Shown: positions 8,943-18,191, counted from the stretch's first letter. The stretch is DNA of 64,000 nt from an uncultured virus (IMG/VR IMGVR_UViG_3300038318_000302) (IMGVR_UViG_3300038318_000302), one strand, 5' to 3'. Notes: a model not told the origin generated them from the letters alone. Numbers and translations are program-made.

Positions 8943-10418
8943 CTAAAAATCTTTTACGAATCCTAAATAATGTTTTGCCCTCGTATAAGCAACATATTGT
9001 AGATTATATTCCTGTTGTCTCATCCAATCTACTTTCATGCAACATTTAAGAAGAAACTTATCTTCTCTTATTATGAAAACCCTATCGCTCTCCAATCCCT
9101 TTGCCTTATGAACGGTACTTAAACAAATACCACTTTTCTTCTCATCTGAAAAGACACTTTCTATCCTGTCTATTACTTCAGAAGATTTTTGCAGTCCTCC
9201 TGAAAGAACTTCAATGGCATCTACCTTATCCTCATATATTTTATAAAAATCATTTTCTTTAGCTTCTGCTTCCGAACAATGTGTCTTTGCAATTACTTTT
9301 CCTATTATCTTCCCCTCTTCTCCTCTTAATTTCTCTAACACTTCAAGAATATTTTTTCTCCTAGTATGCTCTATCATATTTATTAGATTTTTCCCAATAT
9401 CTCTTCCTTTTACATATGCCTTTGTACCATTAGATATAAATTTCATACATAAACCTACTAATGGAGCTGAAACTCTACAAAGAACCATATCTCCATCTTT
9501 TATATTCTTAATATTATCTTCTCTATTAATAATACCATCAGGAGCACTAGGATTGGCTTCTATCGTTGGTACAATGGTTTTTGCTAATTCTATTATAGAT
9601 TTATCACATCTATAGCATATAGATAAAGGTAATTTAGCTGTATGTGGCAAATTTTTTAATATATTGAAACTTTCTACATCTGCTCCGCAAAAACCATAAA
9701 TAGCCTGACGAGGATCTCCTACAGCTATAAATCTACCATTCTTCTTTATACACTTTAAGAATAGATTTCTTTGAGAGGCATTCAAGTCCTGACATTCATC
9801 TATAAAAACATAATCATATTTATTTACTCTTACATCTAAAACATTAGGAAGATAAATCATGTCAGTAAAATCAATATATTCATAATTCTTCGTTCCCCAT
9901 TTTATCAAAGACATACTAACTTCACATTCATTATCAACAATGAATAAGTTATATTTATAGGCCAAATCATTCAAATCATTAATATTGTTAACAAGATTTA
10001 CTCTTCCTATATTGACTAATTGTTTAATATTAGTTTTCCATTCTCCTAATTTTTCTTTTGACAAATCTGAAGAGGGAGAAATATATCCTTCTTTCAAATC
10101 ATCATTAAACTTTCTTGAATACTTAGTATTATCAATTGAAGAATGTAAGGTTCTCAATATTGAAGATGCTCCTAAAGAATGAAGAGTACGAACTTCTACA
10201 TTTTCTAAATTTCCGATCTTTATCTTTAATTCATCAACAATAGATTTATTAAATGCTAGAAAAAGCACATTCTTATCTTTAGGAATTAATTTCAAAGCAT
10301 TGACTATTGTCGTGGTCTTTCCACTACCAGCAACTGCATCAATTACTGCATTACCTCTACACTTCTTTATAAAAGTGTAGACTGCTTTTTGATATTTGCT
10401 TGGTTTAAAAATTCCCAT
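8943..10418 (-). CDS. UvrD/Rep-like SF1 helicase (paralog 1)
   Basis: 'AVAGSGKTT', 'DECQD', 'VGDPRQAIYGF', 'STVHKAKGLE', 'YVAYTRAK'. Confidence 0.92.
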   Translation of the reverse strand: MGIFKPSKYQKAVYTFIKKCRGNAVIDAVAGSGKTTTIVNALKLIPKDKNVLFLAFNKSIVDELKIKIGNLENVEVRTLHSLGASSILRTLHSSIDNTKYSRKFNDDLKEGYISPSSDLSKEKLGEWKTNIKQLVNIGRVNLVNNINDLNDLAYKYNLFIVDNECEVSMSLIKWGTKNYEYIDFTDMIYLPNVLDVRVNKYDYVFIDECQDLNASQRNLFLKCIKKNGRFIAVGDPRQAIYGFCGADVESFNILKNLPHTAKLPLSICYRCDKSIIELAKTIVPTIEANPSAPDGIINREDNIKNIKDGDMVLCRVSAPLVGLCMKFISNGTKAYVKGRDIGKNLINMIEHTRRKNILEVLEKLRGEEGKIIGKVIAKTHCSEAEAKENDFYKIYEDKVDAIEVLSGGLQKSSEVIDRIESVFSDEKKSGICLSTVHKAKGLESDRVFIIREDKFLLKCCMKVDWMRQQEYNLQYVAYTRAKHYLGFVKDF

Positions 10419-10560
10419 TTTATTAATATTATTGATTTCTACAGTAAAGGTACTACTTATTTTCCAATAGACAAAATTTTTATCAATAAATTATTGGTTT
10501 ATCGCCAATATTTAACCTTTTTTAATAAAGACTACATGTATCACTACAAATAGTCTTCTT
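10419..10560 (-). promoter_or_regulatory. Regulatory cassette, copy 2
   Basis: Same conserved blocks, TACCTTTA box, upstream hairpin. Confidence 0.78.
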
Positions 10561-10568
10561 TTGTTACA

Positions 10569-10850
10569 TTAATAACAATTTAAAATAAGGTTAGAATCTT
10601 CTGACAATTTAACTAACTTGTTTTCACTAGCATCACAATAACAAAATATAATGCTGATTCCTAACCTTTTGCTTACCTTATGCCACACAATACAAAATTT
10701 ATTAAAATCCTCTGTCATATATAACCTTGCGTTATTTACACATATATTCCATCCATTATTAGGTTTCGTTCTATATGCAAAAGTTATACCGCCGAATTTC
10801 CTTTCACTATCTTTTACTATTCTTTTTACAAAATTATATTCACTAATCAT
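10569..10850 (-). CDS. Hypothetical protein
   Basis: 93-aa ORF with ATGA overlap. Confidence 0.55.
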   Translation of the reverse strand: MISEYNFVKRIVKDSERKFGGITFAYRTKPNNGWNICVNNARLYMTEDFNKFCIVWHKVSKRLGISIIFCYCDASENKLVKLSEDSNLILNCY

Positions 10851-11392
10851 TTCTCTAAATTCTTTAATTGGTCATTTAGCAATTGCTTATGAAGAACTTC
10901 ATCATTAATTAACTTAGTTAATAACTTTAGAGAAATCTTTGATGTAGGAGTCTCCGGAATATTGCTTATCTTATCTACCAACTTATTATAATTATCTATC
11001 GTAGCGCTTTCTGATTCTATTGCTATTTTTAACGCTTCAATAGTATTTCCTCCTATCTTTACAGAAGAACTATTAAATTTACTATATTTGGTCTCTCCGC
11101 CTAACTTCTTGATAAAATCTCCTAATTTAGCATAATGTTTCATTTCAACTAAGGCTATCCCTAGCATTAGTTCTCCTATCTCCTCATATTTTATTTCCTG
11201 AAGAGTGTATAAATTAATAGCCGTTAATTCTGAAAAATTAGTTGAACCATCAAATGCAGAATAGAACCATTCCGCAATAACTCCATCATCAGGCTTTACA
11301 TTTTCTAAATCAGGATAATCATAATCAGAATTTGAATACTTAATGACATCTACTAAACCATCCGTCAATTTATCAAAAGAATTTTTAATCAT
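10847..11392 (-). CDS. Ferritin-like diiron protein (rubrerythrin/bacterioferritin-like)
   Basis: 'SELTAINLY', 'EMKH', 'ESATIDNY', 'DEVLH' four-helix diiron motifs; start placed at MIKNSF rather than the longer track ORF. Confidence 0.75.
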   Translation of the reverse strand: MIKNSFDKLTDGLVDVIKYSNSDYDYPDLENVKPDDGVIAEWFYSAFDGSTNFSELTAINLYTLQEIKYEEIGELMLGIALVEMKHYAKLGDFIKKLGGETKYSKFNSSSVKIGGNTIEALKIAIESESATIDNYNKLVDKISNIPETPTSKISLKLLTKLINDEVLHKQLLNDQLKNLEK

Positions 11393-11393
11393 A

Positions 11394-11777
11394 TCATTTC
11401 TCCTTTCTAATTTTAATTCTATATTTAAGAATCTCAAGATACTCACTTAACAAAGTTGCTTGTTTAAATAATAATCTCCTTTCAACAACATTAGTTATCT
11501 TTTTATCAAATTTATCTCCAGATATAAAATCCTTAAATTTTTCATACATCTTAGATAATTCAGAAAATTGAAACTCTAAACTTTCTAAAGGTGTTTCACA
11601 TGATTTATATTTAGATTCAAATTTACTCTTAGATAACCAAAATAAATTATTATCAATTTTAACACAATATCCGTCCTTATGAATATCGCTTTCATCTACT
11701 TTTATATTATTCTTAAATGCCTTATCTGCATTCATAGAAGTAGCTAAAACTGCTCTTATTCCTATATAATGTTTCAT
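11394..11777 (-). CDS. Conserved phage protein (YIG..V.A..M N-terminal domain plus helical C-terminal domain)
   Basis: 'MKHYIGIRAVLATSM...GY.V....W.SK..FE..Y' and 'LL..Q...L..YL.IL..RI', a pattern I recognise from Bacteroidota phage proteins. Confidence 0.5.
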   Translation of the reverse strand: MKHYIGIRAVLATSMNADKAFKNNIKVDESDIHKDGYCVKIDNNLFWLSKSKFESKYKSCETPLESLEFQFSELSKMYEKFKDFISGDKFDKKITNVVERRLLFKQATLLSEYLEILKYRIKIRKEK

Positions 11778-12559
11778 TAATAGCTAAATTTTTCCACTCC
11801 ATAATTTTTAATTAGAACTTTTTTTATCGTGGAATAATTAAGACTTATTTGATTTTCTCTGCTAGGATGCTTTTTAATAAAATCTCCCCACTTCCTTATT
11901 AACTTTTCATTGGCTTTCTTTTCCGCTTCAAAACTCCTGTACTCATTAGCTCCCCCTTCATTTTCTCTATGAGGAAATTGTCCAAAAAATTGATTGCATC
12001 TTACAACTCCCTTATTCAATAGAATATTCACAAGAGTAAAATCATAATCTTCTTTTAATGCCATCTCTTTATCAAAAATAAAATTACAATCTGGCATTAT
12101 ACAGATCAAATCATTAACAATTAATTTATCATACGAAAAATTAACATCCTTGACATAATTCATACGATTGGAAGTAACAGCTATTCCCCCATATTTTAGT
12201 CCAGTTCTTTTTAATTCTCCCAGCATTGTTTTTACAACTTCATTAAATGTTGCCGGAATAACCTTTCTTTTCTCTTGTCCTTCTGGAAAATATATCTTTC
12301 TCAAATATCTTAAATCATCACTAACTTGAATACAAGGAAGTTTCAAACTAAATGCTATTTTAATAGCTTTATTTCTAGCATCGCATATATCATCTCCACA
12401 TTCTATAACTCTTTTCGCTCCTCCTCTAATATAAGACTCTTTTTCTCCCTTATTAACAAAGAAAGTACAATCTCCAACTAAAGAAGTTATTTTATCTATA
12501 TTTTGTGGTCTGTTATGAGATATAACAGAAATAAATGCTCCTAATTCCCTATTTTTCAT
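11777..12559 (-). CDS. TET-associated/GREB1-like glycosyltransferase (GT-A fold)
   Basis: 'SHNRP', 'RN', 'QVSDDL', 'KEDYDF', 'V.R.N', 'GG' motif order. Confidence 0.65.
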   Translation of the reverse strand: MKNRELGAFISVISHNRPQNIDKITSLVGDCTFFVNKGEKESYIRGGAKRVIECGDDICDARNKAIKIAFSLKLPCIQVSDDLRYLRKIYFPEGQEKRKVIPATFNEVVKTMLGELKRTGLKYGGIAVTSNRMNYVKDVNFSYDKLIVNDLICIMPDCNFIFDKEMALKEDYDFTLVNILLNKGVVRCNQFFGQFPHRENEGGANEYRSFEAEKKANEKLIRKWGDFIKKHPSRENQISLNYSTIKKVLIKNYGVEKFSY

Positions 12560-12587
12560 TGTAATTTTTTATATAAAACTTTGAATA

Positions 12588-15407
12588 TTATAAAAATGTA
12601 AACTTAAATCCCGTCGTTGCAATATTTCTTCCAAGTTCAGATAACCACATACTAGAGCAAACATCGTCATGACTACCAACACTCTGTAATCCATTATCAG
12701 TAAAAGCAACAGATCCTAATTGATCAAATATTATATCTTTCATCTTCCTTGAATATTCATCTCCAGTAGGAATATGTATTTGACTTCTCTCAAACATTAT
12801 TGCTAATCCTGGCCATCCCTTCCTAAGATCATTCTTTTCCTTTCCTGTATTATGAGGAACAACAGGAAGTCCACATTTTGAAGCTTCATCAGAAAAAATC
12901 TGTTGAAAAACATTACTTTCAAAAACCATTACATCTGGTCTAAATTTAACATTTATTGCTTTTAATATTTGAAGTTGCTCCTGATAATTCTTTCCTTTTC
13001 CAATTTTAATATTCATTAACCACATACTATCATCTTCGTCAATACCATAAGTAGAAAAACAGTAATAGTCTCCTCCTGTAGAGGAGGATATTGCAAAGTC
13101 ACAACCCGTTACAACTTTAGTAAATTTCTTGAAATAATCATCTCTATTGGAAACTAATGTATAAGAATCCATTCTTATAAGGCTGTTTCTAAGAATAGAT
13201 AGAGGAAATATAGAACTATCTGAAACTATTGGTCTACATAAGTTTTCACGACTAAAAATTATGTTCCCTTGCGTCTCTTTCTTATCTATTAAAGCCTTAT
13301 ACGACCATCGTTGTGGCCAAAGTATACGACCGTCTGGAAATATTGCAGGATATTCTATAACGAACCATCCCTTCTTAGTCTTAAGATCGCCATATAGATC
13401 TTGTTGATGAAATGGCGTTCCAACTACTATTATCTGTCCCTTAGGAACCAACATATTCATTATTACCGATTGAAAATAATCTATACTTTTTTGTCTCTGT
13501 AATGACGAATAGATAACATTATCTTTTAAAACATCATCTGCAACTATACAGAATGGGTGTGCACCACGAACAGAAGAACCAAATCCTTTTCCAGTTAATC
13601 TAGCACCATTTCTACACACTATATTAGTGCTAGCCCAGGCTCCTTCATTAACGTTCTTAGGATATAATCGTTCTCTTAATATATCGTTGCTTTCGATGGT
13701 TCCCTTTAATATCTCAATAAGATCTACTGCCTGTTGTAGCGAAAATGAAAATAAAAATATTCTATTACTATTTGATGCAGTAGGTCTTGCAGAAAATTGA
13801 TTACCATTAGGAGTTCTATAACGATATAATTGCCATGCTAGATAAGCATTAGAAAAGTAGTAAGAATTATGAGTTACCGTTCCATCGCCTAATAAAAATC
13901 TATGGTCACCATCCGTAGTAATAGAAACATACTCTCCAGGACCAACATCAGTTATCTTTATTGATGATACAACACTAGGAGTTATTCCATCGATAGTTCC
14001 CCAATCCTTATTTGATTGTTTTGTTTCCCAATCGTATTTAATCTGTTTATGCAAAATTCTTACAGGTATTTCATCTATCTTGCCGGAAATAGAAACTCCC
14101 CAATATTCATAATCCCTTTTAAGCTGTTTGTTATATTTTCTTCCTCCTGAAAGATATGTTCTAAATCCCAAACTATTCGCAAGATAACGAAATTGATAAG
14201 CAAGTTCCTTATGAATACTTCCCCAATGATAACCATTACACCAAAGATCACCATCTGTATCTAATAATCCCGCAAGCAATTCAAGTCTAACCTTACGACT
14301 ATTATAAAGATATTGTTCTGGAATATGCTTGTGACCAAATAACTTATATGCTCTAAAATAAGTTGTTAGTTTACAATGCTTAATATTTCTTTGATTCTTC
14401 TTTCTATTAAGATAACCATCATAAAATATATGATCACTATAACATTTGAGATTTTCATTCCAATAAGAATGATCACAATTTATTCCTAATTTATCGGCAT
14501 ACCAATCACAATAATCTAATATCTCTTTATATGGTTTACAAATTACCAATCGATCTGTATATCCATCTCCTAACCAAATTCCTAGAAAATATGGTTCAAT
14601 AAGAACCTTTCGTTCAGGCATATCCCAAGCAACCTTAAATGTTCTTATTCTTTCCTTAATATAATTTTTAGAATAAGATAAAAGAGTTGGCATATCAATG
14701 TCTACAATATGTTTTTCGTGTTCCTCTAGACATCTACCTCTTCTTCCTATCTTTATCACAGTATTAATATGACGACTATTAACTATGTAACTATCTCCCT
14801 TACTTTGGTCTATACGATACATATGGTCATCCTTGCCCCTATGAATAGCTGTAACTATTCTTGGAGTTGAATCAACTCCCATTAAGTAGTCGCCAACTCT
14901 AATATCTTCCGCTTTTTTTACTCTTCCATCGGACATAAGTACCTCAGTATCAGTTGCTAGAGACTTACCGTGGTCTCTGGCGGCTTCTATACATAGCTTA
15001 TTATGATGATGTACAAGATCACCCCACTCAATGTGATGATATGATAGCTGAAAATTAGGCATTACAGATGTAATAAAATAAGTAATATTATTACATCGTA
15101 GTACATCTTCTATTGCTTGCGATAATCTATCTGTATATTTAGGAGAAAAATCTATATCTTTATTACCAGTAAAAACGACTTGATATGTTTCCTTTAACAT
15201 ATTGTCTATTATACTATCAATATCTCCCTGATTCCCTCCTAATAACTCTAGAAGAGCCGAATCATCAAGACTATCTACTATTTCATCTACAATTCTCAAG
15301 CATTCCGCCTTATGCAATACAGAATGAGATAATATATTATCATTTACACTTTTATATTCCATTCCTTTTTTTAATAAAAAACCGACAAAAGAAAAATATT
15401 CCTTCAT
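12588..15407 (-). CDS. terL: Terminase large subunit containing an intein
   Basis: Walker A 'AARDHGK|S', 'VRGAHP', Walker B 'ADDV', 'VVGTPFH..DLY', nuclease 'GCDFA', 'HDD'; true start may be MEYKS at 15362. Confidence 0.92.
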   Translation of the reverse strand: MKEYFSFVGFLLKKGMEYKSVNDNILSHSVLHKAECLRIVDEIVDSLDDSALLELLGGNQGDIDSIIDNMLKETYQVVFTGNKDIDFSPKYTDRLSQAIEDVLRCNNITYFITSVMPNFQLSYHHIEWGDLVHHHNKLCIEAARDHGKSLATDTEVLMSDGRVKKAEDIRVGDYLMGVDSTPRIVTAIHRGKDDHMYRIDQSKGDSYIVNSRHINTVIKIGRRGRCLEEHEKHIVDIDMPTLLSYSKNYIKERIRTFKVAWDMPERKVLIEPYFLGIWLGDGYTDRLVICKPYKEILDYCDWYADKLGINCDHSYWNENLKCYSDHIFYDGYLNRKKNQRNIKHCKLTTYFRAYKLFGHKHIPEQYLYNSRKVRLELLAGLLDTDGDLWCNGYHWGSIHKELAYQFRYLANSLGFRTYLSGGRKYNKQLKRDYEYWGVSISGKIDEIPVRILHKQIKYDWETKQSNKDWGTIDGITPSVVSSIKITDVGPGEYVSITTDGDHRFLLGDGTVTHNSYYFSNAYLAWQLYRYRTPNGNQFSARPTASNSNRIFLFSFSLQQAVDLIEILKGTIESNDILRERLYPKNVNEGAWASTNIVCRNGARLTGKGFGSSVRGAHPFCIVADDVLKDNVIYSSLQRQKSIDYFQSVIMNMLVPKGQIIVVGTPFHQQDLYGDLKTKKGWFVIEYPAIFPDGRILWPQRWSYKALIDKKETQGNIIFSRENLCRPIVSDSSIFPLSILRNSLIRMDSYTLVSNRDDYFKKFTKVVTGCDFAISSSTGGDYYCFSTYGIDEDDSMWLMNIKIGKGKNYQEQLQILKAINVKFRPDVMVFESNVFQQIFSDEASKCGLPVVPHNTGKEKNDLRKGWPGLAIMFERSQIHIPTGDEYSRKMKDIIFDQLGSVAFTDNGLQSVGSHDDVCSSMWLSELGRNIATTGFKFTFL
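13866..14963 (-). mobile_element. Intein with LAGLIDADG homing endonuclease (366 aa) in the terminase P-loop
   Basis: Starts 'SLATDTEVLMSDG', ends 'HRFLLGDGTVTHN' followed by Ser+1; internal 'YFLGIWLGDG' and 'LLAGLLDTDG'. Confidence 0.92.
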
Positions 15408-15442
15408 CGGTTTAAAATATATATAATGAATAAGAGAATCTT

Positions 15443-16033
15443 CTACTTTAGTATATTATATATGCTTTTCTTCAAATTGTCTAAAAGATTCTTTTGATTA
15501 TCTACACTAACAGTCTTATCTAATTTTAAAAATCCTATATACTTATCAATTAATAGTTTCACTTCATTCGTCTTACTTATAACATCAAGATACGCCGACG
15601 CAACTCTAATTGAATCATTAAATATTAGCTTAAACTCTCGTTTTCCATTAGTATACTTTAAGAATCCAAAAGCATATAATAAATCTAATAATTCAGTTGC
15701 TTGATTAAAATCTAATGTAGATTTTTTTACTAATACGGTCTTACTTAACACTATATTAGGAGCCTGAGAAATATCTCCATTATTAGTTAGAATATTCCAT
15801 ACTAATATTGCTTTTTCTGAAACTTCCTTTCTATTCTTATCATTAGAAAGAAATTTATTTAGTTTTTCTTTTTCGGTCTTAGAATTATCTATCTCTTTAG
15901 ATTCAATATAATCTGTAACTACCTTATCATTCAATAAGACAAATTCCGCTTTATTGTCATCAGATAGTTTTTTTACTTTCTCTATTATATCCTTATTGAC
16001 ACATCCCAATATAACAACTTTATTCTTATTCAT
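15443..16033 (-). CDS. Hypothetical protein (possible winged helix)
   Basis: 196-aa ORF coupled to the upstream gene. Confidence 0.55.
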   Translation of the reverse strand: MNKNKVVILGCVNKDIIEKVKKLSDDNKAEFVLLNDKVVTDYIESKEIDNSKTEKEKLNKFLSNDKNRKEVSEKAILVWNILTNNGDISQAPNIVLSKTVLVKKSTLDFNQATELLDLLYAFGFLKYTNGKREFKLIFNDSIRVASAYLDVISKTNEVKLLIDKYIGFLKLDKTVSVDNQKNLLDNLKKSIYNILK

Positions 16034-16689
16034 TAGTCCTTACATTTAAATTCAAAAAATTTACTACCAATTGCTCTTTTGACATTTTCGGAAGATTGTT
16101 TTTCATTTTTCTTAGATCTCAATTTTCTCACAAAATACTTAAATAATTCTGCGGTTGCTTCAACATCATTCATTGCTCCATGAGCATCTGTAATTCTTAT
16201 ATTCGCCTTTTTGCAACATTCTCCTAGATTTATCTTCTCTTCTCCTGTTAATCCCCACTCCATCTTTGCTAAAAGCATAGTGTCTATTAAATTAGGCTGA
16301 AGAAAGTCTCTAATTGTCTTTTCTTCAAAATTAAAGGCTTTTTCTAGAAAATTATCATCAAATATAACATTATGTCCAACAATAACCAATCTTCCCTTTT
16401 CTCTCGTTTTAGCATTAGCCATGTGAGAGTTCCAAAAATCTGAAGCTGTGTGTACGAATTCATTTAAATTTATTCCATGATTAATATCGCTCATATTAAC
16501 CATAGTATGTTGTAATGCTTCTTTTTCTATTGAAAGATCTTTGTATGGTTTTATGTAAGTCTCCCACCGATCAACTTCTTTTAGCGTATGATAATCTAAT
16601 ATTACGCAAGCATACTGTGTGATAGGATTCTTATCAGGATCTAACCCTCCTGTTTCACAATCATGAATTAAATAATTCGATTTAATCAT
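16033..16689 (-). CDS. DEDDh 3'-5' exonuclease (DnaQ-like)
   Basis: 'DCETGGL', 'GHNVIFD', 'AHGAMNDV'. Confidence 0.9.
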   Translation of the reverse strand: MIKSNYLIHDCETGGLDPDKNPITQYACVILDYHTLKEVDRWETYIKPYKDLSIEKEALQHTMVNMSDINHGINLNEFVHTASDFWNSHMANAKTREKGRLVIVGHNVIFDDNFLEKAFNFEEKTIRDFLQPNLIDTMLLAKMEWGLTGEEKINLGECCKKANIRITDAHGAMNDVEATAELFKYFVRKLRSKKNEKQSSENVKRAIGSKFFEFKCKD

Positions 16690-16691
16690 TA

Positions 16692-17003
16692 CTATATTTT
16701 TTTATTCAATTTCTCAAATTGTATCCATTCCGCAGTTTGCTTTATTGTAAACTTTCCATTTTTATCTCTTCTTATAACCTTAACAAACAACTTTCTCCAT
16801 TGCTTTAATGTATATGGTTTGCAATACTTAAAAGTATTATCATATTTGTTGTTAGGCTTTTGTTCTTCCATAGAGGCTATCTTTACAATTTCTCCAGGAA
16901 CCCAAGGAATAGATAAAAATTTATTCCAAGACCAATTCTTTGTTACATTTCCATTATTTCTTAAAAATTTCGGAAATTCTGTTTTTGATAAAATTGCTTT
17001 CAT
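16692..17003 (-). CDS. Hypothetical protein
   Basis: 103-aa ORF in operon context. Confidence 0.55.
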   Translation of the reverse strand: MKAILSKTEFPKFLRNNGNVTKNWSWNKFLSIPWVPGEIVKIASMEEQKPNNKYDNTFKYCKPYTLKQWRKLFVKVIRRDKNGKFTIKQTAEWIQFEKLNKKI

Positions 17004-17082
17004 ATTTTTTAATAACTATGAAAAAGTCGGCAATTTCTTGATAAGAAGAAAAATACCGACTCCAACTAGACAAAAACTAACC

Positions 17083-17355
17083 CTACAACACTTTCTTAAC
17101 TCCTGAAGAAACTTTAAAAGTAATATTCTCACTTGCGGGAACACTAACTTTCTTTCCATTCATAGGATTGCGACCATTATGAGCGGCAATACTCTTTTTC
17201 TTAAAAGTTCCAAGACCATGAAGAGTTATTTCATCTCCCTCATCCCTAACTTTCTCAATAACTACCTTTGCAAAGGCATCGATAACTTGTTCAACTTCGC
17301 TTTGAGACTCTCCGGTCTTTTCAGCTAAAGACTTAATCAATTCAATTTTCTTCAT
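17083..17355 (-). CDS. hup: HU/IHF-family DNA-binding protein
   Basis: 'MKKIELIKSLAEK', 'LHGLGTF', 'GRNPMNG...VPA'; start set at 17355 because the longer ORF overlaps the tmRNA 3' end. Confidence 0.9.
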   Translation of the reverse strand: MKKIELIKSLAEKTGESQSEVEQVIDAFAKVVIEKVRDEGDEITLHGLGTFKKKSIAAHNGRNPMNGKKVSVPASENITFKVSSGVKKVL

Positions 17356-17385
17356 TACAATTTTTATTAATTTAACAATAAATCG

Positions 17386-17874
17386 TGGAGGATATGGGAG
17401 TCGAACCCATGTCTTACTATCTTGCATCAAATTATATAATTACATGCTTAGTTTCAATAATCTGAAACGTGATAAACTTGTTTAAGGTCTACATTCAAGA
17501 CCGGAGTTGTTTGGATTTTACACCAATTCCACCAGAATATTTCGTCTTTTTTGATCTGGAATGAAATATTCAAATAAACCTACTGGTGACATAATGACTT
17601 TTTTACTCTGGGATTCTTATGTCCGTACCAGATAATGATTTTTGATTTTTAACGTGATTAAAATCCAAACACACGTTTTGTATGCTTTATGTTCCTTGGC
17701 TACATACTTCGCCAGGCGCTAGCAAGCTACTTACGCAGCAGCTAATACACGAGAGCGGTTGTACATTGGTACAACTTTAGTTTTCTTTGCTCTTAATTTT
17801 AGTGTTACTTTTATGGAGTAACTAACCTACATGATAATTTTTATCTCCATAGCAATCAAACCCGAAAATCCCCC
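17386..17874 (-). ncRNA. ssrA: tmRNA
   Basis: Acceptor stem GGGGGAT/ATCCTCC with G3:U and discriminator A; T arm ATGGG-TTCGACT-CCCAT; tag frame 17731-17790 encodes AKKTKVVPMYNRSRVLAAA*. Confidence 0.92.
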
Positions 17875-17904
17875 AATATTTCAAAGAACTATTTTTACAT
17901 TCTG

Positions 17905-17978
17905 TAGGAACAGTTGGACTTGAACCAACGATCTTGAAATTATAAGTTTCCTGCTCTAACCTACTGAGCTATGTTCCT
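17905..17978 (-). tRNA. tRNA-Ile, anticodon UAU
   Basis: AGGAACA/TGTTCCT acceptor, GCTC/GAGC D stem, loop CT-TAT-AA, T arm GTTGG-TTCAAGT-CCAAC; CCA not encoded. Confidence 0.9.
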
Positions 17979-17988
17979 TTGTTAAAAA

Positions 17989-18118
17989 TTGAAGTTTCAG
18001 GAGTTAAACCTGATTTTTGAAATCGATAGCCTTTCAAATTCAATACTGTTGATAGTTTTCTATCAGTTATTTCTATGCCTATCAGTATTGAGCGTCTATA
18101 TCGTTGCGCCAAACTTCA
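17989..18118 (-). ncRNA. tRNA-like RNA with expanded anticodon arm
   Basis: TGAAGTT/AACTTCA acceptor, GCG/CGC D stem, TCAGG-TTTAACT-CCTGA T arm, TTTGAAA/TTTCAAA variable arm, 9-bp TCAATACTG/CAGTATTGA stem without a 7-nt loop. Confidence 0.65.
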
Positions 18119-18191
18119 ATCTTTATAACCTTGATTAATTTTAATTAACCTTCTGTATCATTATTCATAACATTCCTCCTAATTTCATTTT

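Noticed and set aside
17356..17430. N-terminal extension of the HU ORF
   Set aside because: It overlaps the tmRNA T arm and acceptor end; HU homology starts at MKKIEL
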